Source: Piromyces finnis finn
Lineage: Eukaryota; Fungi; Neocallimastigomycota
Assembly: GCA_002104945.1 (NCBI GenBank)
Contig: MCFH01000046.1
Location: forward strand, 62,001-126,000
DNA length: 64,000 nt
Direction of reading: 5' to 3'
How positions within the stretch are numbered: the stretch's first letter is position 1; every line of letters begins with the position of its first letter. Made by a program: the position numbers and the translations under genes. Of the stretch, positions 13,058-25,700 are shown piece by piece. The notes below the pieces were generated by a model. The model had not been told where the DNA came from, made no database searches, and saw only the letters and a list, made by a program, of their open reading frames with translations.

Positions 13058-15030
13058 TTAATAATCATCATTCTTTTTCATTATTTCAATATTCTAATAA
13101 AATGATATAATGATATAAAAAGTAATAATTAATAGACTATTTTTTATCTTTTCACTATATTTAAATAAAGTAATATATTTAAATATAATTTTACCTTTGA
13201 AAGGTACGTAAGATATTCCTCTATACTTTCTTTATATTTCTTTTTCTCATTATTTAATGATACCCATTCATCCAACGATTTATCATTAAGCTATTAACAA
13301 AACATTTATAATAACATATTACATTAAAAAAAAAATAATAATAATAATAAATAACCAAAATAAAAAAATTAGATTTTATATATCAATTAATATTATGCTT
13401 TACAGCAATTACATACTAATTCATTATAATAAGCTTTAAGTTCCTCCAATTGCTTCTTTTTTATATTTACTGAATTTGACCGTATTATTGTATCTGGACC
13501 AACTCTTATATTTTAATAAATAATAGTATATTTGTTTAATAGGGATTTATAATAAAATAATATCGTTATTAAAAATAATGAAATCAATATAATAATTATT
13601 AAAAAATATTGTTGTAGGTTTCGATTATAAAATATTATACAAAATAAATATATAGAATATTAAAATAAATAATTATAATTAAATTAAAAACTAATCATAA
13701 TTTACATTTTCTTTACCTATTATATATTATATTAACAGATTTCTTTTGAGTATCATTTTGTGAAAATTTTTTCCCTTGCTTACAACATTCATCAATTAAA
13801 AGTAAATTTTTATCCATTTCGAATTTTTTGAAAATTATTTGAAATTCATCCTTTAAAAATTAAGTATATATATAGAATATTATATACATTTATTTAATAA
13901 TATTTAAAATAAAAGATATTATTAAATATGATAGTTTAAATTTAAAAAATGTTTTTATTGTTTATTATTATTATTATGAAATTACTTTTAATGCCTCTGA
14001 AAAATATAAAGCCATTTGCTTATGTACATCTTTCATATCATCTCTATTGTTACTGCATAATGTTGGAAAACATTGACGAAACCGCTTATAACTATTTTAT
14101 TAAAAATTCAATAGAAAAAAATTAGGAAACAATAAAAATTAAATTCTAAACTAAAAAAGGTAAAATAAAATAAAATTATTTAAAAATAACATTTTAAAAA
14201 ATATATATTAATAATTTAATATATATCTGATAGATATACTACCTCACTAAACGATTTATTTTTTTAATTGTCATTTCTAATGCTTTCTCGAGTTTTTGAG
14301 AACGAATGGATTGAACAGATTTATTTTGTGTCTCAACTTGCAATGTTTTTTCTCCAGTTAAATGCTCATCACTATTTTCTATTTCTTTTGAATGTTCATT
14401 AGAATTATCTTCTACTATTGAGCTATCTATTTCCACATCTTTATTTTTTTTCCCACTATATTTTGAATTATCTTCTATTACTACTATCTCACTTTTATTT
14501 TTATTGTTTCTTTCCGTCGGTCGTTTTGATGGCGTATTTAAATAACTTTCATTTTCTGTTTCTGTTACATTACTATTAGTATTTGATATATCCTCAATTA
14601 AAATTGGTTCTGTCATTGAAGGAACTTGTGATGTTGAAGCAATTGAAAAATCAAAAATATTATTTTTATTTATTCTACCTCCATTATTATTTATAATATT
14701 CTCAATATTATTTATTAACTTTTCATTTTTATTATTTTCTTTTTCAGAAAATGTAATATCATTTTGAATTTGATTATTAACTTTTAGCCTTTTCTTATTG
14801 TTAGGATTTTGATAGTAACTTAGCTCATTGGATTCCTGAATTAAAGTGGATGACGAATCACTTTCCATAGATATATCATTTGGTATATGTCTTTTATTTT
14901 TATTGGTATTATTTAAAATTGAATAATTTATGGTATCGGTATTTTTGCTTTTTGTTATTCGTGAAGTTTTATCTCTATTTATAAAAGGATTGTCTTCATC
15001 ATGCTGAAAAAAGAAATTTGATGAAGCCAT
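13058..15030 (-). CDS. NNF1: Nnf1/PMF1-family kinetochore (MIND/Mis12 complex) protein, multi-exon
   Basis: ORF 14239..15030 splices to downstream exons giving …RSQKLEKALEMTIKKINRLVSYKRFRQCFPTLCSNNRDDMKDVHKQMALYFSEALK-DEFQIIFKKFEMDKNLLLIDECCKQG…VGPDTIIRSNSVNIKKKQLEELKAYYNE-LNDKSLDEWVSL…. This matches the Nnf1 pattern (CFPT, H-QM, EF-I, P-IIR). The last exon (13058-13093, NIEIMKKNDDY*) is the least certain. Confidence 0.72.
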
Positions 15031-15126
15031 ATCTTATATTTATATTAAATTATATTTCACTAAATTAAATAAAATTGAAAATAAAATATTAAAATAATAA
15101 TAATAATAATATAGTATAATATTGAC

Positions 15127-15181
15127 TATTAAAATTTAATGATAAATATAATTATTTTATATTTATCATTAAATTTTAATA
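15127..15181. repeat. Perfect inverted repeat: 25-bp arms with a 5-nt spacer
   Basis: The left arm tattaaaatttaatgataaatataa (15127-15151) is the exact reverse complement of ttatatttatcattaaattttaata (15157-15181). The loop is ttatt. Confidence 0.9.
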
Positions 15182-16324
15182 ATTATTTAATTCTACTATT
15201 TTTTTTTTCTATAAAGAAAATTTTTTTTGTTGTCCTGTTGTTGATTATTACTTAATATATATAAAAGAATGTAATTTATTTAAAGGGTTATGTTATTAAT
15301 TATTTATTAATTTTCATTTATTAATATTTACAATAAAAAAATGTTTTTAAATAAATTATAGTTAAATAATGACGAAAAAAATTTATCATAATATAATAAT
15401 AATAATCTACTTTTAAAAAGAAAAAATAAAAAAAAAAAAAAAGATAATAAAAGATAAAGGCTTGTAAATATTTTATTATAATTAAAAATAATATTATAAT
15501 TATATTAATATCCCTTTTTAAAAATATGTATTTCTAAAATCCTTTGTGGTTAAACTAATGTTATATCTTGTTTATAATCTTATTTTGAAATTGTTTCATA
15601 TTACTACGTTTTCATAGTAATATAGATAAAAAAATATATAATAACTTATTTAACATATTTGATATGATACTTGATATGCTATTTATAAATATTTCTGAAT
15701 CCCTTTATTATAAAATTTTCTTTGTAATGTTTTAAATTATTAAAAATCATATTATACACTTAAGATGAATATGGATCTATCTATTCAATTTACCCAATTC
15801 ACTTGGATATAAATATAAATGACAAATTAAGAAAGGTATGTTAATGTTATATCAAGGTTTAGTATTCAGAATTAATCAAAATCTATATGTAGCACATGTT
15901 TGTATTACATAATGACCAGATGTGAGTACTTTATCAAATGTTAAAATTGATTTAATATGAATTAAGATATTAAATAGATAGTTAAATAATAAATAAATCA
16001 ATGGTTTTTCCAAAATATAAATAATTTTAATTTTGTTATCATAGTATTAAAAAAATATTAAAAAATATTAATAGCTATATTTAATAGTAATAGTTATAAT
16101 TCAATTTCGTGTAACATCCATATTTTATTTTTTGAATGTATACATTATTTCTAATGCTATAAGTAATGTAATTACCATTTTAAAAATTAAAAAAAATCTT
16201 AAAAATGATATTAACCAATCATATTCAAGAATTTTTTAAAATATTTTTTTATAATAATATTAATATTTTACTTAAAAATTTAAATCATTATATTAACTTA
16301 TTATAAAGTATATAAATTAAATAA

Positions 16325-16355
<31 letters not shown>

Positions 16356-16701
16356 TTTTATTTGAGAGTTTTATTATTATTATTATACTTATTATTAAAT
16401 AAATTTAGATATTATAGAATTAATTTATTTTAATAATTTAGATGAGAATTTTATAGAGAACAAACAAACGTTTATTCATTCATTTATTATATTTTTTGAT
16501 AAGTAAAATAAAAAAATAGACATTATTATTTTTATTTTACTTATTTAGCTTTATTTCTTAAATTTAAGTAAAAATTACATTTTGAAATTTCAAAAATTAG
16601 TAATTCATAGCAATTAATATATGTTATTTTTAAAGCGTTATTAATTTAACTTGCATAAATCAATTATTTTTCGAATTAACTTATAGTAATATATATAAAA
16701 A

Positions 16702-19700
16702 ATGGTGAATATAAATTATAATTTTCAAGCTGATATACATAATGAACTTCAAATATTGTTACAGATTTTAAATGAAAAAGGATGCTATATAAAACAAAAA
16801 AATGAAATTCAAAGAATTATAGAAATCGAAAATATTAAAGATTCAGAAAAATCAAAACTTTTAGATATATTATCTTATTTATTGTTACAACCTGATTTAG
16901 TATTCGAAATCTTACATTTATTTCGAAGCATTGCTATAGAACTTGTTGCTCGTTGGATTATAAAATTAGAAAATGAACCATATTGCTTACAATTACAAAA
17001 CGATGGTGAGAGACCACCAAAAAGAAATAATAATGGCGACCAAATTGAACCAGAACATTTAATGGATATCGATGAAATTGAAGAAACTCTATACAATGAA
17101 AATGAAAAATATATTCTTGCTTTTTCAAAAATATTAATTACTTTACCTCAAGTTAAAAGTTTTGCATTATACATTTTAGGAATTATCGATGTCACCAAGG
17201 AATTAACTCAACTTGTAAAATTAGCTCAAAATAATTTAGACAATTCTGTTGATAAAATAAAAGAGATATTATGTTCATTATATCGTATAACATGTCAAAT
17301 TCCATATTATGAATTAAAAAATCTCTGGGATAGTAGTATATTATATTCATTTTTAGATATTCAAAATAAGGAAATTCAAGTGTATACCATTTTTATTCTT
17401 TCAAAATATCTTAATTTATCAAATGCTGAACAAGATAAGCTTATTGAAAAATACCTTTCCCCAGAAATTTCCAGTCAAGATATGTTAAAAATGGAACCAG
17501 ATCTTTCCAAACTTATCTGGTTAAAGGAAACTGAACTCAATACCAAAGAACAAGCATCAATGTTTATAAATAATTATAAAACAGCTAAGGTGTCATCAAA
17601 TACTCCATTTATTATTGAAAGTCACAATTTATGTAAAATTATAACTGATATCTGTGGTGTTTTATTACCAAATCTTTCTTCATTAACACCTGTTAATAAA
17701 AGTATTCAATTAAATGAATCTAGTCAAACTACCATTACAGATGATAGACTTATTCTCACTCCTACTACTAGAAATAACCTTCATTCTATTGCATTTGCTT
17801 TATCTATCGGATCACCAATTTTACTTGAGGGTGTTTCTGGTTCTGGTAAAACTTGTCTTATTGAAGAAATGGCACGTTTGACCAATCATGAAGATTTAAT
17901 CACTATTCATTTAGGTGATCAAACCGATTCAAAAGTTCTTTTAGGTACTTATGTATGTACAAATATCCCAGGTCAATTCCGTTGGCAACCTGGTGTTTTA
18001 ACAACAGCTGTTACTGAAGGACGTTGGATTTTAATTGAAGATATTAATCTTGCTCCATTAGAAGTCATTTCTGTTTTAATTCCTCTTTTACAAACTCGTA
18101 CACTTTTTATACCAAGTAGAGGTGAAAAGATTAAAGCAGCTGATGGATTCCAAATTTTCGCAACTCAAACTTTGCAAGTATCTTCTAATGGTATTCTCAC
18201 AAAGAAAAGTAATGATAGTATTAGTGAAAATTTATGGACTCAGGTAAGAGTTCAACATTTAAGTTTAGATGAAATTCGTCAAGTACTTACCCAAAAGTAT
18301 CCATCTCTTTTGAGAATTATACCAGCTATTGTTAATACAACTGATGTTATCATTAATCATTGGAAAGAAATTATGCTTTCTTCTCATATTGGCAATAGAT
18401 TATTATCTCTTAGAGATATCATGAAGTGGGCTTTTAGAATTAATCAACTTATTCAATTAGATCATGATACCGGAAATTTTGCAGTCGATCAAGATACCAT
18501 TCAAAAAATATTTTTGGAAGCCGCCGATTGTTTTACCGCCATGATTCCTCAACCAGAAGCTCGTATGAAAATCTTAACTATCATTGGTGAAAAATTAAAT
18601 CTTTCTCCACATTCTATCGAATATATTATCAATAATTATAATCCAGAGTTAAAGGAAGAATCACATACTGTTACTATTGGCCGTGTAAATCTTCCTGCTC
18701 ATCAATATCATAAAGAAAAACAATTATCTTCTAAAGGTGCCTCCAAAAGTATCTTTGCACATACTGTTCATTCTTTACGCACTTTAGAAAAAATCGCTGT
18801 TAGTACTTATTTAAAGGAATCTGTTCTTTTAGTTGGTGAAACTGGTGCTGGTAAAACAACTATTGTTCAATATTTGGCTGAATTATTAGGTCAAAAGTTA
18901 GTTGTAGTCAATTTAAGTCAACAAAGTGAAAGTTCTGATTTATTGGGTGGTTTTAAGCCAGTCGATGTCCATTTATTAGTTTCAATTATTCAAGAAAAGT
19001 TTATTCAACTTTTTAGTGATACTTTCCCAACTAAGAGCAATAAAGCTTTCATTGATTCTGTAAAAAAGGTTATTTCTCGTAAAAAATGGGAAAAATTAAT
19101 TGTAGCCTATCGTAATGCTATTCAAATGTCAAAGAAGCTTTTCAAAAAAAGACAAGAGAAAAATGCCAAACTTTCATCATCCGATGATAATACTCGTAAT
19201 AAAAAGATGAAAAAATCTGAAGATAAAATTAATCTTGAAAAATCCTGGAAGCAATTTGAAAAAGATGTTGATGAATTTGAATTACAATATGAACAAATAA
19301 AAGGTAACTTTTTATTTTCCTTTATTGAAGGATCTTTAGTTAAAGCTATTCAACAAGGTTATTGGATTCTTTTAGATGAAATCAATTTAGCTTCTTCTGA
19401 AACATTAGAAAGTTTAAGTGGTTTATTACAAGGTGCTGAAGGTTCTATTATTCTTACTGAAAGAGGTGATACACATCCTATCAAACGTCATCCAAACTTT
19501 AGAATCTTTGGTTGTATGAATCCTGCTACTGATGTTGGTAAAAAAGATTTACCTCCAGGTTTAAGATCAAGATTTACTGAATTTTATGTAGATTCTCTTG
19601 ATATTTATAAGGAAGACTTAACTCAAGTTGTTCATCGTTATTTAGAAAAATTTGTCGGATCAGATCAAACTATTTCTCAACAAATTGTTGAATTTTATTT

Positions 19701-22700
19701 TGAGGTTAAGAAAGCTTCAAAAATGAATTTATATGATGGTGCTAATCATAGACCTCATTTTAGTATGCGTACTTTAACACGTTCTCTTTCTTATGCCACT
19801 CAGATTGCTCCTGTATACGGATTAAAGCGTTCTCTCTACGAAGGTATTGTTATGACCTTTTTAACTCAGTTAGATGCCAAATCAGCTAGTTTTGTTGATG
19901 CACTTGCAAAAAAATATATTCTTGCCAATATGAGGACCAATGAAATCAATACTTTCTTAAAGCAAATTCCTAAATGTCCTTCTTCTGACTCTTCTAAATA
20001 TGATCTTTTCCAAAGCTTTTGGTTAGAAAAGGGAGAATTTGAATCTCCAGAAGATGATGATTATATTAAAAAATATATTATTACTCCATCAGTTGATAAT
20101 AATATGAAAAATTTAGCACGTGCTATCTATTCCAGAAAATTCCCAGTCTTAATCCAAGGTCCAACTTCAAGTGGTAAAACTAGTATGGTAGAGTACATCG
20201 CTAGAAGAACTCATCATCGTTTTGTTCGTATTAATAATCATGAACACACTGATTTACAAGAATATTTGGGTATGTATGTATCTGATTCTTCAGGTCAGTT
20301 AGTTTTTCAAGAAGGTGTTTTGGTTGAAGCCTTAAGAAAAGGTTATTGGATTGTTTTAGATGAATTGAATTTAGCTCCAACTGATGTTTTAGAAGCATTG
20401 AATCGTTTATTGGATGACAATCGTGAATTACTTATTAATGAAACCCAGGAAATTGTTAAACCACATCCACATTTTATGCTTTTTGCTACTCAAAATCCAT
20501 CAGGTTTATATGGTGGTAGAAAAGCTCTTTCTCGTGCTTTCAAAAATAGATTCTTAGAATTAAACTTTGATGATTTCCCAGAAAATGAATTAGAACAAAT
20601 TTTAGAACAACGTTGTCAAATTCCTCCATCTTATTGTAAAAAATTAGTTATTGTTTATAAGGAACTTCAACAAGTACGTCAAAAAACTCGTATGTTTGAA
20701 GGTAGACATAGTTTCATTACTTTGAGAGATTTGTTTAGATGGGCGGAAAGACATGCTATGGGATATCAAGAACTTGCTCAAGATGGATTTATGATTTTAG
20801 GAGAAAGAATCAGAAAGGAATCTGAAAAAGCAGTAGTTAAACAAATTATTGAAAAAGCTATGAAGGTTAAATTAGTAGAAGAAAAAATTTATGATTGTGA
20901 ATCAATTCCTGATTTTACTAATTGTATCAAGACCATCAACAATCCTTCTGAACCATTAGTTTCTAATGAAGCTATTCAAGAATTTAAGAAGGTTGTATGG
21001 AACAAGGCAATGAAACGTCTTTTTACTTTAGTATCTAAATGTATTCAACATCAAGAACCTGTTCTTTTAGTAGGTGAAACTGGTTGTGGTAAGACAACTG
21101 TTTGTCAAGTATTAGCAGCTATCCGTAATCAGAAATTGCATATTGTTAATTGTCATCAACATACTGAAACCTCAGATTTCCTTGGTGATCAAAGACCACA
21201 TCGTGACAAGGAAAAAAATATGGCTATTGCTAAAAATGAAATGATTAACTTTTTAACTGCTCATTTTTCTGAAGAATATCAAGCAGAAACTTTACATTCT
21301 ATGGAATTTATGGATGTTCTTAAGCTTTTTGAATCAAAAACCAAAAAGTCTACTTTGAATGATGAAGAAATTCTTCAAGAAGTTTCAAGAATTAAAGGAG
21401 AAATTACTAAAGCTAGGACATTATTTGAATGGAAGGATGGTCCATTGATTTCTGCAATGAAGCAAGGTGATATGTTCTTATTAGATGAAATTTCGTTAGC
21501 TGATGATTCTGTTCTTGAACGTTTGAATAGTGTACTTGAACCAAAAAGACAATTAGTTCTTGCCGAAAAGGGGGGTAAGAATGTTGAAGAAATTGTTGCA
21601 AATAAAAACTTTTTATTCTTAGCAACTATGAATCCAGGTGGTGATTATGGTAAGAAGGAATTATCACCTGCTCTTCGTAATCGTTTCACGGAAATTTGGG
21701 TTCCACAAATTGTAGATGATGATGATTTATTACAAATTATGAATCAAAATTTAACTACTGAAGCTATTCAACCTTTCGGTAAACAAATCTTAAACTTTAT
21801 CACTTGGTTCTCTAATGAAGTTAATAAAGGACGTACTATTTTCAGTTTAAGAGATATTCTTTCTTGGATCAATTTTATTAATTTAACTCATGAAATCATT
21901 ACTCCAGAAATTGCCTTTTTACATGGTGGTTCAATGGTATTTTTGGATGGTTTAGGTATTAACCCAATGTTAGGTGTAAGTGCTTCTAGCTTAGATGATG
22001 GAAAATTCAGGAAATCTTGTGAAAAGAAATTAATTTCATTTGCTAATATCAATAAAGAAGCTCCAAAGAAGGATCTTTCACACGCCATTGAAATAACAAA
22101 TGCAGACATTATCAATAATGATGAAATTTTTGGAATTTATCCATTTACTATTCCAAAAGGTAAATACCCACCTCAACAAGTTAAATTTGATTTTAAGGCT
22201 CCAACTACATTAAAGAATACCATGCGTGTATTAAGAGCACTTCAATTAAAGAAACCAATTCTTTTAGAAGGAAGTCCTGGTGTTGGTAAAACAAGTTTAA
22301 TTGCTAATTTAGCTTCCGTTTCAGGTTGTAAATTAGTTAGAATTAATTTATCAGAACAAACAGATTTAATGGATTTATTTGGTTCTGATTTACCAGTAGA
22401 AGGTGGTAGTAGTGGTGAATTTTCATGGAGAGATGGTCTTTTCTTAAAGGCTATGCAAGAAGGTGATTGGGTTCTTTTAGATGAACTTAATCTTGCATCT
22501 CAATCTGTTTTGGAAGGATTGAATGCTTGTTTAGATCACAGAGCTACAGTTTATATTCCTGAATTAGATAAAACATTCTCATGTTCTCCAGAGTTCAGAG
22601 TTTTTGGTGCTCAAAATCCTCAACAACAAGGTGGTGGCAGAAAAGGTTTACCAAAATCTTTCTTGAATAGATTTACTCAAGTTTATGTTGATCAATTGGG

Positions 22701-25700
22701 TATGGATGACTTGCTTTGTATTAGTCAAAGTTTATATCCAGATATTGGAAAGGATCTTATTGAAAAGATGATTAAATTTAACTGTCGTATGCATGAAGAT
22801 ACCATGATTAATTATATTTTTGGTCGTAAAGGTGCTCCTTGGGAATTCAATTTACGTGATGTCTTTAGATGGATTGATTTAACTCGTAGCTGTACATTCT
22901 CTCGTGCATTTGATCCAACAGAATACATTGATATGGTTTATATTCAAAGAATGAGAACTCATGAAGATCGTGAATATGTTAAAAAGCTTTATTTAGAGAT
23001 TTTTGGTGAAGACTATCCACAAAAACCTAATCCAAATATTAATATTTCTAATGAATATGTTCAAATTGGACATTCTACTTTACCAAGACAATCTCATAAC
23101 CGTTTTGATTTCCAAAATAATAATTATGAACTTCTTACAACCTTCCTTAAACCTTTAGAATCTTTAATGAAGTGTGTTGAACTTAACTGGATGGCAATTT
23201 TAACAGGTGCAACAGCTACAGGAAAAACTTCTATGGTTAGATTATTAGCAAATATAACAGGCAATGAACTCTTTGAATTCTCTATGAATAGTGGTGTTGA
23301 TACAATGGAATTATTAGGTGGTTTTGAACAATTTGATATTAATCGTCATGTTAGTCATTTATTAGAAAGAGTTAAATCATTTGTTGCCTCTATTATTAAA
23401 TCAGAAATTTTAAAGGAAGACTCCTCTTATACTCTTAATCTTTTAAGTGAAGTTTCTAAAGCTTTCCATTTAATTGAAACAACAGCTTTGACAGATATTG
23501 TTAAGTCAGATACTATTGGCGATTTTTTGAGACAATTAAAAGACCTTTTAGAAAGACACCAAAGTGAATCATTTATGGGTGAATTTGTGAAGATTCAAAA
23601 TCTCTACCAAAATATTGTTAAGTTACAAGATGAAAATGTTCGTGGTAGTTTTGAATGGATTGATGGTATTCTTCTTCAAGCTCTTGAAAATGGTAATTGG
23701 CTTTTAATTGATAATGCAAATTATTGTAACCCTTCTGTTCTTGATCGTTTGAATGGTTTATTAGAACCAAATGGATTGCTTTTTGTTAATGAAAGAGGTT
23801 TAGTTAATGGTGAAGTTAAAACTGTTCGTCCACATCCAAACTTTAGAATCTTCCTTACTGTTGACCCAAAGAATGGTGAAATCTCTAGAGCTATGAGAAA
23901 TAGAGGTGTTGAAATTGCATTGATTGATGCATTAGCTGTTGAAGAAAATTCATCTTCATCTATCGAAAGTGATAAATGTATGAATATGGTTAAACTTTTC
24001 AATAGTTTTGGTATCCCAGGTCAAGATTTACCAAATCTTTTTTCAAAATTACATCAAGATATTAAGTCTAAGAGTTCTTTTAATAATATTAATCCATATA
24101 AACTTATTCTTTGTGGTAAATTGTTTATAGAAAGAGTTCAAAGAGGTCAAAATTATGTTGAAGCTGCCAAAGAAACTATTAACTTATTATATCTTGATCA
24201 ATTAAATATTTCACTTGATCAAGTCCAAATTGATGTTCCAGTTTATGATGATTATACCTCAATACTTGCTCCACTTAGCTGGCCATACTTTGTTTCAGGT
24301 GATTTTATTAAGTCATCACCATCTCTTGCAATGGTTTGTTATCATGGTTCTTTCCTTTACTTTATATTAAAGTGTTTGGATGAAAAGAAAACTGAATTTT
24401 TCGGTGATAATATTGATCCAAAGAAGGTTTTAGATGCTTCATTTAGATATTTCGTTATTAACTCTACTCTTAAGGATTGGACTTATCGTGTAGAATGGTT
24501 AAAGTACATCTATAATATTCTCAATGACAATTATTTGAAGAAGGCTGTGAAAAATATTATTAATATTTTTGTTACTCTTTTTGGATCTTCTTTCATGCAA
24601 CTTTATGCTCTTTCATTAGGTAATATTTCTCGTCAACTCAATATTCCTAGGGATGTTATTCTTCTTCAAAGCATTTCTTTGGAAAACTACAATTCATATC
24701 TTTTCAAACAAATTGAAGGTGAAATTAAACGTTTAAATAATGAAGAATTAGGTAACTCTTGGATTATATTTAAAGAAGCACCAAAGGCACTTAACATTTA
24801 CTATCAATTGGAACAAAAGAAAATTCAATCTGATCTTATATACAAAAGAGTTGCTTCCATAAAAATCAGTCAATTATCTGTTATTCAACAATCTTATGGT
24901 TATAGTCAAGGAAGAATTCTTGAATCACAACTTTCACATCCAATTATTAAATATTTCTATGATTTATTTAATATATTGAATGATCTTATTAGTACTTTTA
25001 TAAATGAAAATATGTTAAATGGCGACATTGGTTTTTTTGAAGAAATTATGAATAACTATTCTAATTTATGGGATAATGTTCAAGAAAAAGAATTAGATTT
25101 TAATTTAGTCTATATTATCTTAACTAAACTTTTAACTCTTCTTAATGATATTCCAATAGTTATGCATTCCGAGCCACAAAGTCAATTAATTGAAAACATT
25201 AAGAAGGGATTAAATCTTAGCAATATACATTCAAATTCACTTTATTGGAAGAATACTGGTATATTAATGTTACAATCAAATGATTTATTTAAAGCTGAAA
25301 AGACCTTCCGTACATTAAATGAAATGATTAATATATCAAGTGCTAAATTTAACGAATGGATTGCTCATCCATTTATATATACCAATTCAGAGTTAAGACA
25401 TTCACTTTCAGAAGGTATGGCCACTTTGTATTATTTAAATAAGAAGAATAATCAAAATGAATCAATTCATGAACTTTTTAGTTTAATAAAGGGACTTCCA
25501 GAAAAGCTTGAAGGAAAAATTAAAGCCAATATTAAGGAGATTGAAGATTTTAAAACTAATATTTTAAACGGTGTTAACGATGATATTGATCAAACTTTAT
25601 TAGATACTGAACCATTATCTTTACTTGTTAAACAAAATGAAAAATTGAGAGGCAGTGAAATTTGGTCTTTAATGGATTATCAATCATTATTAAATGAAAT

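Noticed and set aside
15760-15930. Short ATG-initiated frame and donor-like sites (aag|gtatgt, gtgagt) upstream of MDN1
   Set aside because: The frame is only 15 codons long and has no consistent exon chain. It could be UTR, but this cannot be supported without RNA data.
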